From: Candidatus Pyrohabitans jungbluthii
Lineage (GTDB): Archaea > Hydrothermarchaeota > Hydrothermarchaeia > Hydrothermarchaeales > BMS3B
Assembly (NCBI GenBank): GCA_002010065.2
Contig: MTMD02000015.1
Span: forward strand, 32,001 to 96,000
Direction: 5' to 3'
DNA: 64,000 bases
The notes under the pieces are model-generated. The model saw only the letters and a list, made by a program, of their open reading frames with translations, was not told the origin of the DNA and did no database searches. Positions 22,186 through 31,596 of the stretch are shown piece by piece. Every line of letters starts with the position of its first letter. Position 1 is the first letter of the stretch. The position numbers and the translations under genes were made by a program.

Positions 22186-22730
22186 ATCTAGTGTTCACCA
22201 CGAGAGAGGTAAAGGAGCTGATAATCTCCGCCATCGTTATCGCCTTTGTGTTCGCCTACCACTTCGTGGGTGGAATCCCCAGTTTAAGTCTGGTGGGGGT
22301 CTCTCTCATAGCGGTGAGCACAGGCTTTGTTTTCCATGAGCTTGCCCACAAGGTTACGGCGCAGCGCTTTGGATGCTGGGCAGAGTATCGCATGTGGGAG
22401 CTCGGCTTAATAGGCGCCTTTTTCCTAGTCGTCGTGACTGGATGGCTCTTCATAGCACCTGGTGCGGTTTACATAATGCCTGGTTACTTCGGCATCTCCC
22501 GACGCGAGGACGGCATAATCTCAGCCTCTGGCGCAACTGCCAACATAGCCCTCGCCATACTATTCCTGCTCATAGGCTTCAACTTCGGCGCTGCGATTAA
22601 CGCCTGGCTTGCGCTCTTCAACATGATACCCTTCCCACCTTTGGACGGCTCCAAGGTTATACGCTGGAACTTCGCTGTTTGGGGTGCGCTCGTGGCTGTT
22701 GCCCTACTGCTCCTCAGCATCTCCTATTAA
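22176..22730 (+). CDS. Membrane metalloprotease, M50/site-2 protease family
   Basis: HELAH and FNMIPFPPLDG motifs. Confidence 0.9.
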   Translation: MALNLVFTTREVKELIISAIVIAFVFAYHFVGGIPSLSLVGVSLIAVSTGFVFHELAHKVTAQRFGCWAEYRMWELGLIGAFFLVVVTGWLFIAPGAVYIMPGYFGISRREDGIISASGATANIALAILFLLIGFNFGAAINAWLALFNMIPFPPLDGSKVIRWNFAVWGALVAVALLLLSISY

Positions 22731-22731
22731 A

Positions 22732-23421
22732 CTACTCCTCCCCCAGGTTAGCCTCATACACCAGGCGGCGCATCTCCTGTATCTCTTCGTTAGTGGGTAT
22801 CTCCTCGGGGCATACCTCTCTGCACGTGCCACAGGTGGTGCACAGGTAGAGACCCTCCTCCACCGCTATAGCCAGGCGATCTAGGTTATCCCGGGGGTCG
22901 TGCACAAAGCGCGCTATAATCCTGAAGAGCATTGGCCCAGCAAACTCCTTGCTGTGAGTATGCGAAGGACATGAGCTCATGCAGGAGCTGCACTCTATGC
23001 AGCTCTTGAGCTTATCCAGCCTTTTAAGGTCCTTCGCAAGGAGCCTCTCTATCCTCGCCTCTCTCTTTTTGCCTCTGTGCAGGTATGGGCGGAGAGACCT
23101 TATCCTCGGGTAGCTCTTCTGTGTGGCTACGACAAGATCCTTTATCACAGGGAAGTTCCTCAACGGCTCAAGGAGCATGCCCTCTTCTACGTCAGTTCTA
23201 CACGCGAGCACGGGTTTACGGTTCGCAAGCACCGCGCAGGAACCGCATTGTCCAGCCCTGCAGGAGCTTCTGTAAGCGATGTTTGCACCATAACGCTCGT
23301 TGATCTGCTGCAGGGCGTCGATTATCTTCATGTGGGGATGATGCTCTACCACATAACTCTCATACCGCGGCTCATCCTCGGTTTGTGGATTATATCTAAA
23401 AACTGTGATCTTCATTCTCAA
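22732..23421 (-). CDS. Fumarate reductase/succinate dehydrogenase iron-sulfur subunit (TfrB N-terminal part only)
   Basis: SCRAGQCGSC [2Fe-2S], CIECSSCMSSCP, CTTCGTCREVCP. Confidence 0.9.
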   Translation of the reverse strand: MRMKITVFRYNPQTEDEPRYESYVVEHHPHMKIIDALQQINERYGANIAYRSSCRAGQCGSCAVLANRKPVLACRTDVEEGMLLEPLRNFPVIKDLVVATQKSYPRIRSLRPYLHRGKKREARIERLLAKDLKRLDKLKSCIECSSCMSSCPSHTHSKEFAGPMLFRIIARFVHDPRDNLDRLAIAVEEGLYLCTTCGTCREVCPEEIPTNEEIQEMRRLVYEANLGEE

Positions 23422-23424
23422 CCC

Positions 23425-25116
23425 TCACGGAGGAAGCTTGGTTATCACAGGCTCAACCGTCTTAACAAGCATTCCCTCGGCTGCTTTAGCTACGACGATG
23501 TTCTTAACCCAGCGCGGGTCCTCCTCGGGATAGTCGCTGCGGAAGTGCGCCCCTCTGCTTTCGGTGCGCAGGAGTGCACTCCTCGCTATCATCTCCGCAA
23601 CGAGAAGCATGTTGTCCAGCTCAACCGCAGCAAGCAGCTGAAGGTTGTATCGGAGCCCGCTTTCTACGGTTACTTCGCCGAGCTTGCTCCTTAGCATAGC
23701 GATAGCGCGGAGAGCCTCCTCAAGGCTCTGCCTGCTTCGCATTATTCCAACCTTCTCCCACATCACCCGCTGAAGCTGGCTTCTGACCTCGTAGGGTAAC
23801 AAGCCCTCGCCAGCCTCGAAGCGGAATATTCGCTCATGCTCATCCTCCAGCGCCTTATAATCCACCTTCGTATACCCATGCCTTTTAGCCTCTTTCGCAG
23901 CATTTTCGCCAGCGATTGCTCCGAAAACCTGCGTCTCAGCTAAAGAGTTGCCACCCAGGCGGTTTGCACCATGCACACCACCATTCACCTCGCCGCAGGC
24001 GAAGAGGTTGGGTATGGTCGTCCCTCTGCAGTCCTCGCTGGTGCGCACACCCCCCATGAAGTGGTGGGCGCTTGGAGAAACTTCCATGGGTTCGCGACGT
24101 ATGTCCACGCCAACGTCGAGAAACTGCTTGAGCATTGTGCCCAGCTTCTGCTCTATCACCTCATCTGGAACATGCGTAAGGTCGAGATAAACACCACCAT
24201 GCTCTGTTCCCCTGCCCTCAGTTATCTCCCTGAATATCGCTCGCGTAACAACGTCCCGAGTTGATAACTCCATTCTCTCAGGATCATACTTCGCCATGAA
24301 CCGCTCTCCCAGGCTATTATAGAGCTTTCCTCCTTCCCCGCGCACCGCTTCGGTTACGAGGAGCCCGCTTGCTGAGGGCGGGTAAACCATGCCCGTGGGA
24401 TGAAACTGCACCATCTCCATATCTATTAGCTCAGCACCAGCGTTGTACGCCAAGGCATAGCCGTCGCCGGTTTTTTGATATGGGTTTGTGGTTATTGAGT
24501 AAAGCCTGCCCGCGCCGCCAGTGGCGAGCACCACAGCTTTAGCCTTGAAGAGTAGAAAGCGCCCATGTATCAGGTCTAAGCCTGTTGCGCCCGTGATCAT
24601 GCCATCATTGATTAAAAGGCGCGTGATTGCTACCTCTTCCAGCACTTCAACGCCTACGCGGTATGCCTCCTCCTTCAGGGCATTCATCATCTCATGCCCT
24701 GTTCTATCCCCGCGGTGCACCGTCCTGCGAAAGCGTTGCCCGCCAAAGTAGCGCTGGTCCAGCTTATCCGGCTCAATCCTATCGAAGGTTGCACCAAAGC
24801 TCTCCAGCTCCAGCACGCGCTTGGGAGCATCTCTGACAAGAATCTCCACCAGTTTCTGGTTGTTCAGGAAGCGACCGCCTATCACAGTGTCCTCGAAGTG
24901 ATGCTGTTCGTTGTCTTCAGGATCGACAAAACCAAAGGCAGCATTGTACCCGCCCTCTGCCATAACTGTACAGCCGCTCCTTCCAAACAAGCCCTTGACC
25001 ACCAGGAGCACTTCAACATTATGGCGTCTTGCCTCTATCGCAGCCCTTGCACCTGCTCCACCGCCACCTATAACCAGGACATCGCACTGATAAACGTCAT
25101 CAACCAGCTCCACCAT
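23425..25116 (-). CDS. tfrA: Fumarate reductase flavoprotein subunit (TfrA-like)
   Basis: GGGGAG, RSGCTVMAEGG, QFHPTG, HHFMGG, HGANRLGGNSL, ESRGAH. Confidence 0.85.
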   Translation of the reverse strand: MVELVDDVYQCDVLVIGGGGAGARAAIEARRHNVEVLLVVKGLFGRSGCTVMAEGGYNAAFGFVDPEDNEQHHFEDTVIGGRFLNNQKLVEILVRDAPKRVLELESFGATFDRIEPDKLDQRYFGGQRFRRTVHRGDRTGHEMMNALKEEAYRVGVEVLEEVAITRLLINDGMITGATGLDLIHGRFLLFKAKAVVLATGGAGRLYSITTNPYQKTGDGYALAYNAGAELIDMEMVQFHPTGMVYPPSASGLLVTEAVRGEGGKLYNSLGERFMAKYDPERMELSTRDVVTRAIFREITEGRGTEHGGVYLDLTHVPDEVIEQKLGTMLKQFLDVGVDIRREPMEVSPSAHHFMGGVRTSEDCRGTTIPNLFACGEVNGGVHGANRLGGNSLAETQVFGAIAGENAAKEAKRHGYTKVDYKALEDEHERIFRFEAGEGLLPYEVRSQLQRVMWEKVGIMRSRQSLEEALRAIAMLRSKLGEVTVESGLRYNLQLLAAVELDNMLLVAEMIARSALLRTESRGAHFRSDYPEEDPRWVKNIVVAKAAEGMLVKTVEPVITKLPP

Positions 25117-25200
25117 GGCAATGCCTCGTCCCTTAAGCTGAGGTTACCGAAGGGAAAAATTCCAAAAAATTTTCCAAGGTTATGCTCTTCCCAGCTTCTC

Positions 25201-25275
25201 GGGCCCGTAACTCAGTCTGGCTAGAGTGGCTGGCTCTTAACCAGTTAGTCGCGGGTTCAAATCCCGTCGGGCCCG
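25201..25275 (+). tRNA. tRNA-Lys(CTT)
   Basis: GGGCCCG acceptor stem, GCTGG-CTCTTAA-CCAGT anticodon arm, GGTTCAAATCC. Confidence 0.96.
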
Positions 25276-25288
25276 TCTATCCCCGCTT

Positions 25289-26833
25289 TTATATCAATTC
25301 CTTCCTGTACTGCCTATGTGCTTGTTTTGTTTCTTCTCTCGTGTTGCCCGCAAGCACTATAATGTTCTGACCAGGCGCCCAGATGTCTCTGAATGTGAAC
25401 ATTTCAACTGCGCCAGGCTTTTCTAGCGCCTCCTTCTGCTCTTTGCTGAGCAGTTCCCCAACGACTTCCCCCACACCATCAGGAGCTTTATGCCCGCCTA
25501 GGATGACGATGTTCTTCTCTGATTTGTACGAGTCAAAGTTCTCTGGCAGAACGTGGACAACTTCATAACCCGCGTTGCGCAGGTATTCGAAGAAGTCAGT
25601 GGCAAGAGCGTAGTCGATGAGGTTGGCGAGGATTACCATTTTACCGCTGACCTGAGATTTGAGGTGAGAAACTATCAATAGCTGGTTATCCGGATTAACA
25701 ACGAGCAAGTCATCCAGCGCGCCGTCGCCGTCGTAATCGAACGGCGTCAAAGCCCTTGCGCCTGTTTTGTTGTAGGGAGAGATTTTTTTGTCATCTTCCC
25801 GATAATAGCCCACTTGGACCCCATCTCTAATCGCATAAATTTTGTTATCGCTTCCTGCAGCAAAGCTCTCCGTTTTTCCATCGCGATTGAAATCGATGGC
25901 AACAACATCTTTGAGTCTTCCTTTATAATAACTCTGTCTCTCTCCAGATGGAGATAATTTATAAAGAAGGGAAGAAAGAATAAAAACACCTCTATCATTA
26001 TCAAGTTGAAGTATTTTTATTTTCATCCCCTCTTCATAATCAATCTCATTCTCCCAGATTTTGTCACTCTTGTTAAAAGCAAAAACATGTCCTCTAAAGT
26101 CCACTACAATTATCTCAGAAGTATACCCATCACCATTCAGGTCAACAACTTTCACCTTCAGTATTCTATTTTTGAAAAACTCCTTACCAAATCTTTTTAT
26201 CTGCGTGCCTTGAGGGGAGATTAAAGAGACGGAGTACCCCTCAGCTAAAACTATTCCCTCCTTAACACCGTCTTGGTTAAGGTCTATTGCTGCAATCTTA
26301 TCCCCTCTCTCTGAAATATCTCTCTCCCAAAGTTTCGTTCCACTATTATCAAACGCAAGTATTTTATTCCACAGCCCAACTACAATATCGTCTTCGTTTC
26401 CATCCCTATTTAAATCAGCAATAGCAATTGAGAAGACAGAGCTGGGGAGACTTTGATTTTCCCAAAGAAGCTCACCTTTTGAATCAAAAGCTGAAAGATA
26501 TTTACTTCCAATCACTATCTTAGAAGGCGCTCCTAGAAGTTTTATTGAAGCTAATGCATAAGAACTACTCACAGGCACTTTAAAACTCTTATAAACTTCT
26601 GAGCTTCCAAAGTTTATTATCCTTACCCTTCCTGTTGCCGAATCAAGCACAACGACAGCGTCATCCTCTCCGTCACCATCTCTATCGATATATGAAAAGT
26701 GGACATCTCCCGTTATTGTTACGTATGAAACCTGAATGTAGTCCTTTGCAAATTCCTCAGTAAGTTCTTCAGAGTATACAGAAGGCAAAAACCCAGCTAG
26801 CATCACAAGTATAAATAATCCACCCCATCTCAT
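25289..26833 (-). CDS. Secreted FG-GAP/beta-propeller protein with C-terminal S-layer-C-like domain
   Basis: Signal peptide; repeated D-x-N/D-x-D-G loops; C-terminal NIVILGG…IIVLAGNTREET. Confidence 0.75.
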   Translation of the reverse strand: MRWGGLFILVMLAGFLPSVYSEELTEEFAKDYIQVSYVTITGDVHFSYIDRDGDGEDDAVVVLDSATGRVRIINFGSSEVYKSFKVPVSSSYALASIKLLGAPSKIVIGSKYLSAFDSKGELLWENQSLPSSVFSIAIADLNRDGNEDDIVVGLWNKILAFDNSGTKLWERDISERGDKIAAIDLNQDGVKEGIVLAEGYSVSLISPQGTQIKRFGKEFFKNRILKVKVVDLNGDGYTSEIIVVDFRGHVFAFNKSDKIWENEIDYEEGMKIKILQLDNDRGVFILSSLLYKLSPSGERQSYYKGRLKDVVAIDFNRDGKTESFAAGSDNKIYAIRDGVQVGYYREDDKKISPYNKTGARALTPFDYDGDGALDDLLVVNPDNQLLIVSHLKSQVSGKMVILANLIDYALATDFFEYLRNAGYEVVHVLPENFDSYKSEKNIVILGGHKAPDGVGEVVGELLSKEQKEALEKPGAVEMFTFRDIWAPGQNIIVLAGNTREETKQAHRQYRKELI

Positions 26834-27035
26834 GCTTGTATATTGGGAATTTATGGGTATATAATACTATCGCATACCTTATGCCATAATATATCCAGAT
26901 TCACTTTTAAAATATCTCTTTCAAAGACGTTTATCTCATTTATCTTAAAAAGAGATACATCTGAAAAAGTATACAGAAATTCAAAAACCACAATAAAATC
27001 TAAAAAACAAAAGAAAAAATAGAGGCTAGAGCCTC

Positions 27036-29426
27036 TTACAGCGCAGCTGCAAGCGCCTCGGCAGCAGCGCGGGTTTCTGTCCTGGTCTTACCAGCGACGA
27101 TTATTGCATACTTGCCGCTGGCAAAGGCATCGGCAATTACCTCTATGTCGCCATCGCTGGTTTCCCAGTTAACTGTGCTCTTCCCTGCTTCCACGAGGCT
27201 TGCGGTAAGCTTGTTCGCCACTGGTCCGCCGATAAGGACAAGGTTCATGTCCTTGTTAGCGGTGTCCTCGTCGACTATCTCGAGCTCTGGAGCCTTCTCT
27301 TCGCCACCGACTGCTGTAACAGTTATCGTCTCCGTGAGGAATTCCTTGTAGGGTTTCTTACCGGACCTCAGCTTTGAACCGCTGCTAACAGTGGTCTCCT
27401 CTGAGGTTCTAATCTTAAGCAGGTTGTTGTCATCATCGTACTCAACGGTATAAAGGGTATCCGGAACCTCAACAATCTCCTCGTCTTCCACTGTGAGGGT
27501 GGAGCTCCTGAACTCGAAGATAACATTGCTCGTGCTGGTTATGTCGCTGGGAGCCTTCACCTTCGCATAGCCAAGGACACCCTCGTCACCATCCTCAAAG
27601 GTAACAGTAGCGTCAGGGTCTACATAGCCGATGGTTATCGCTGAGTTGTCATCCACCGCACGAGCAACAAGGAAATCGCCGGAGAATATGTCCTTAACCT
27701 TATCGTCCTTGTCCGCGGTCACCCAGTCGCCTACAGCTTTACCAGTGAAGTTGTAGTAGTACAGCGAGCCATCTATCCATATACCAGCCAAGTTCGTGGT
27801 GCTGTTGTAGCTGTAGAAAGCAACCTCCTTGCCCTCAATTGTAATCTTGTTGGAAAGATCACTGGACTTGGGTATGGTCTTCTTGGAGATTATACCCATC
27901 TTTATTGTGTCCGCATCAGTGTCAATCTTGCTAACAAAGTACTGCTTGTCCCTGATCTTGGCTGTGCTACCATCCACGTACTTTAATACCTCTTTCTCAG
28001 TGGCTTTGAGGCGGTATGCAAAGGTAACATCTACCGACTTGCCGCCTTCCTCATAGTACATGAAGTCGTACAACAGGTAATCATCGTCATACTCTGGCGA
28101 GCCATCACCGTCTTCGTCAAAGTACAGCTTCACCGAATTGGTCGAAGAATTGCCAGACGCATAATCAGTTATTGTCTGATCTGCTCCAGGATCATCTGCA
28201 CTATCGCTGTCCAAGTCCTTGCTACCCCACTCTATCCTGAGGTCTTCGCCGACTGCTGTAACGGTTATTGTCTCTTTGAGGAATTCCTTGTAGGGTTTCT
28301 TACCGGACCTCAGCTTTGAACCGCTGCTAACAGTGGTCTCCTCTGAGGTTCTAATCTTAAGCAGGTTGTTGTCATCATCGTACTCAACGGTATAAAGGGT
28401 ATCCGGAACCTCAACAATCTCCTCGTCTTCCACTGTGAGGGTGGAGCTCCTGAACTCGAAGATAACATTGCTCGTGCTGGTTATGTCGCTGGGAGCCTTC
28501 ACCTTCGCATAGCCAAGGACACCCTCGTCACCATCCTCAAAGGTAACAGTAGCGTCAGGGTCTACATAGCCGATGGTTATCGCTGAGTTGTCATCCACCG
28601 CACGAGCAACAAGGAAATCGCCGGAGAATATGTCCTTAACCTTATCGTCCTTGTCCGCGGTCACCCAGTCGCCTACAGCTTTACCAGTGAAGTTGTAGTA
28701 GTACAGCGAGCCATCTATCCATATACCAGCCAAGTTCGTGGTGCTGTTGTAGCTGTAGAAAGCAACCTCCTTGCCCTCAATTGTAATCTTGTTGGAAAGA
28801 TCACTGGACTTGGGTATGGTCTTCTTGGAGATTATACCCATCTTTATTGTGTCCGCATCAGTGTCAATCTTGCTAACAAAGTACTGCTTGTCCCTGATCT
28901 TGGCTGTGCTACCATCCACGTACTTTAATACCTCTTTCTCAGTGGCTTTGAGGCGGTATGCAAAGGTAACATCTACCGACTTGCCGCCTTCCTCATAGTA
29001 CACTATGTTATACAGCTTGTAGTCATCGTCATACTCCGGTGAACCATCGCCATCTGCATCAAACCAGAGTGTCACGGAAGCATTGCCAGCCGTATAATCA
29101 CTAACACTTACATCCGCATTGTCATTGGTGGAATTTCCATCGCTGTTCAGATCCGGAGATGCCCACTCAATCTTTATATCGCCACCGACTCCGCTCACCT
29201 TCAGCTTCTCCGCCACAGCATCCTTAATTACCTCAGCGCTGGCAGTGTCAGCGTCCTTGCCAGGCGCGTCTTTGCCCACCACAAGCTGTGCCTTTGCCTC
29301 ACCGTTCTTTGCCAGCATGTCAGGCGAAAAATCGCTGGGCACACTTACCGCACTGGCTAAACCTACGGTTGCCCCAATAAACAGAGCACCCGTCGCAATC
29401 GCTCCTATTTTCTTCAAACTTACCAT
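27036..29426 (-). CDS. S-layer protein (Methanococcales/Thermococcales-type N- and C-terminal domains) with duplicated central domain
   Basis: KKIGAIATGALFIGAT signal, VVGKDAP…D, C-terminal NLVLIGGPVANKLT…IIVAGKTRTET; tandem strong promoters. Confidence 0.88.
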   Translation of the reverse strand: MVSLKKIGAIATGALFIGATVGLASAVSVPSDFSPDMLAKNGEAKAQLVVGKDAPGKDADTASAEVIKDAVAEKLKVSGVGGDIKIEWASPDLNSDGNSTNDNADVSVSDYTAGNASVTLWFDADGDGSPEYDDDYKLYNIVYYEEGGKSVDVTFAYRLKATEKEVLKYVDGSTAKIRDKQYFVSKIDTDADTIKMGIISKKTIPKSSDLSNKITIEGKEVAFYSYNSTTNLAGIWIDGSLYYYNFTGKAVGDWVTADKDDKVKDIFSGDFLVARAVDDNSAITIGYVDPDATVTFEDGDEGVLGYAKVKAPSDITSTSNVIFEFRSSTLTVEDEEIVEVPDTLYTVEYDDDNNLLKIRTSEETTVSSGSKLRSGKKPYKEFLKETITVTAVGEDLRIEWGSKDLDSDSADDPGADQTITDYASGNSSTNSVKLYFDEDGDGSPEYDDDYLLYDFMYYEEGGKSVDVTFAYRLKATEKEVLKYVDGSTAKIRDKQYFVSKIDTDADTIKMGIISKKTIPKSSDLSNKITIEGKEVAFYSYNSTTNLAGIWIDGSLYYYNFTGKAVGDWVTADKDDKVKDIFSGDFLVARAVDDNSAITIGYVDPDATVTFEDGDEGVLGYAKVKAPSDITSTSNVIFEFRSSTLTVEDEEIVEVPDTLYTVEYDDDNNLLKIRTSEETTVSSGSKLRSGKKPYKEFLTETITVTAVGGEEKAPELEIVDEDTANKDMNLVLIGGPVANKLTASLVEAGKSTVNWETSDGDIEVIADAFASGKYAIIVAGKTRTETRAAAEALAAAL
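27335..29002. repeat. 726 bp direct repeat (27335-28060 = 28277-29002), period 942 bp, inside the S-layer gene
   Basis: Identical translated sequence and identical DNA at every point compared by eye; flanks diverged. Confidence 0.9.
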
Positions 29427-29482
29427 ACTTATCCTACCTCCTTTCAGGGGTACCTCCTCTTCGTATATCTAACCCAAACCCC

Positions 29483-29559
29483 GGTATTTATACCTTTCGC
29501 ATATTTCCCGGGGTAGTTAACAGGGTGAGTTCATAGGAAGGCGGTATATAAACCTTTCG
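29483..29559 (-). promoter_or_regulatory. Tandem BRE-TATA promoters of the S-layer gene, 60 bp apart
   Basis: CGAAAGGTTTATATACC (29559-29543) and CGAAAGGTATAAATACC (29499-29483). Confidence 0.75.
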
Positions 29560-29687
29560 AAGCGCGCCGGGGTTGCACTAAATCCGCCTCTTATCTCCTT
29601 TTGAGTAGGTTGGACACCTCAGGCTTGGCATATATATAGGTGAGGATAGCTAATAGCTATAATCCATTAGATATATGGAGGCAACAT

Positions 29688-30182
29688 ATGGAAAGCACCA
29701 CTCAGGTCCTCACAGGCGCACCCCCGGAGCTGGTTGTTATTGTAATCGCCGCATTACCCGTATCTGAGCTTCGAGGAGCTATACCCATGGCTCTGAAGAT
29801 ATACGGGATGAGCCCTTGGAAGAGTTACATACTCGCGGTGTTTGGAAACCTCTTACCCGTGCCGGTGTTGCTTTTATTCCTCGGCAGGGTTGAAAGCTAC
29901 CTGAGGAGCAGGTTTTCAATTTTTGATAGCTTTTTCTCCTGGCTTTTTTCAAGGACGAGAAGGAGAACCAAGGATAAGGTGGAAAAGTACGGCGCCCTGG
30001 GTTTGGTGCCCTTCGTAGCATTGCCACTGCCGGTGACGGGAGCGTGGACCGGCGTAGCCGCAGCCTACGTGTTTGGAATAAGGTTCCGCTACGCCTTCCC
30101 TGCGATAGCGCTGGGCGTGATAATAGCTGGGGTTATTGTCACCCTTGCATCCCTGGGCGCGCTAAGCATCATCGGGATGTGA
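29688..30182 (+). CDS. COG2426 small multidrug-export-related membrane protein
   Basis: LPVSELRGAIP, FVALPLPVTGAWTG. Confidence 0.88.
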   Translation: MESTTQVLTGAPPELVVIVIAALPVSELRGAIPMALKIYGMSPWKSYILAVFGNLLPVPVLLLFLGRVESYLRSRFSIFDSFFSWLFSRTRRRTKDKVEKYGALGLVPFVALPLPVTGAWTGVAAAYVFGIRFRYAFPAIALGVIIAGVIVTLASLGALSIIGM

Positions 30183-31034
30183 GCTCCGCAAGAGATGCGT
30201 ACCGTCGCAGCTCCGCGCTGTGTTCAACCTAAAACCTTCACGACAGGTGGCGAAGGTTATCCCGTGCTTATCGCATGCGTCGCGCACGCGTTGCATGAGC
30301 TTAAAGCGCACTTCTCTGGGTAGGTAGTATGAGTTCTGAATCCTCTCCCCCTTCTCAAAGTAAAGCTCTTTTAGATTCACCGCAGATTCGGGGAAAGCTT
30401 TGCTAAAGCGGCGCCAGGAGTCGGGGCGAGGTTTAAAGGTAGAGGAGGTTACATGGGCTACGCCTATGTCGGCAAGCTCTTTAACCAAGGCGCTTAAATC
30501 ATCGTTTATCCCGGGGATAATCGGGTCGATTCTGCACGCCACTGGTATGCCGCGTTCCGCCAAGCTTTGCAGGGTGCGCAGCCTGCGCTCAGGCGGAGGT
30601 GCGAAGGGCTCAAGCCTCGCTGCGATGCCCTCATCGAGGGTGGTTATGGTCATAGCCACGGCTGCGCGCATCTCCGCAAGCAGGTCAGCATCTCTCACCA
30701 CTAGGTCCCCCTTTGTAATTATCTCCACCCCGAAATTAAAATCCTTCAAAAGCTTCAGGCAAGCTCTGGTTTGCCTGTAATCTCTCTCCAGTGGCTGGTA
30801 GGGGTCTGAGCTGTTGGAGATAGTAACAGGTATGCGCGGGTCGAGTTTCGCTATGTCGCGCTTAACCTGCTTCAACAGGTTCTTCTTCAACCTCGCCTCA
30901 AAGCCGCGTGGGATGTAGCTGGTGATGTAGCAGTACACGCAGCTATGCGAGCACCCCGTATATGGGTTCAGCGAGTACTTTCGCGGGCAGGTGCACAGCT
31001 TCGAACGCCAGGGGTCAAATAGGGAGATTGCCAT
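30162..31034 (-). CDS. Radical SAM protein, SPL-like (COG1533)
   Basis: LNPYTGCSHSCVYCY, SNSSDPYQPLE, ITKG, RIDPIIPG. Confidence 0.88.
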   Translation of the reverse strand: MAISLFDPWRSKLCTCPRKYSLNPYTGCSHSCVYCYITSYIPRGFEARLKKNLLKQVKRDIAKLDPRIPVTISNSSDPYQPLERDYRQTRACLKLLKDFNFGVEIITKGDLVVRDADLLAEMRAAVAMTITTLDEGIAARLEPFAPPPERRLRTLQSLAERGIPVACRIDPIIPGINDDLSALVKELADIGVAHVTSSTFKPRPDSWRRFSKAFPESAVNLKELYFEKGERIQNSYYLPREVRFKLMQRVRDACDKHGITFATCREGFRLNTARSCDGTHLLRSSHPDDA

Positions 31035-31035
31035 G

Positions 31036-31596
31036 CTACGGGAAGGGCTTCTTCCAGAGCGACATCAATCTCTTCTCTTTGAGCTCTCTAGCCTTGCGGT
31101 CAAGGAAGCGGTAGACTGCGCTGTGGGGCTTGCCCTGCACCAGCATGAGCACAGCCTCGCGGGCAACCTGCACCTCCTCAATAGGGCCAATAATTGCAAC
31201 GCTCTTGCCGTAGACGCTGACGTTTGTGCCTGTGGTTTCCTCTATGTAGCGCCGCGTTTTGCCTTTCGTGCCTATTATGCGCGCCTTCTGGCGGATAATC
31301 GCCTTGGGGGTGCGCAGATACTCGCTCAGGTCGATAAGCTCCAGCATGTAATCCTCATGGGTGAGCTTCATTGCCTTCTCTGGGCTCATACCACGAGCTA
31401 TCGCTCGTACAATATCGCGGGCTGTCCACGTAGCTAGTGGCTCGCCCCCGGCGTTCTCTATGGTAACCATGCCCTCCTTATCCACTGTGATCTTAACCTT
31501 CAGCTCGGCTTCAATCCTGCGCTTTACCTCACCTCCCTTACCGATAAGCACACCTATTCTTTCCTTAGGAATCCTCAGGTACTCCACCTTCACCAC
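31036..31596 (-). CDS. KH-domain ribosome biogenesis protein (Dim2/Pno1)
   Basis: RIGVLIGKGG, RIIGTKGKTR KH motifs; follows RIO1. Confidence 0.9.
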   Translation of the reverse strand: MVKVEYLRIPKERIGVLIGKGGEVKRRIEAELKVKITVDKEGMVTIENAGGEPLATWTARDIVRAIARGMSPEKAMKLTHEDYMLELIDLSEYLRTPKAIIRQKARIIGTKGKTRRYIEETTGTNVSVYGKSVAIIGPIEEVQVAREAVLMLVQGKPHSAVYRFLDRKARELKEKRLMSLWKKPFP

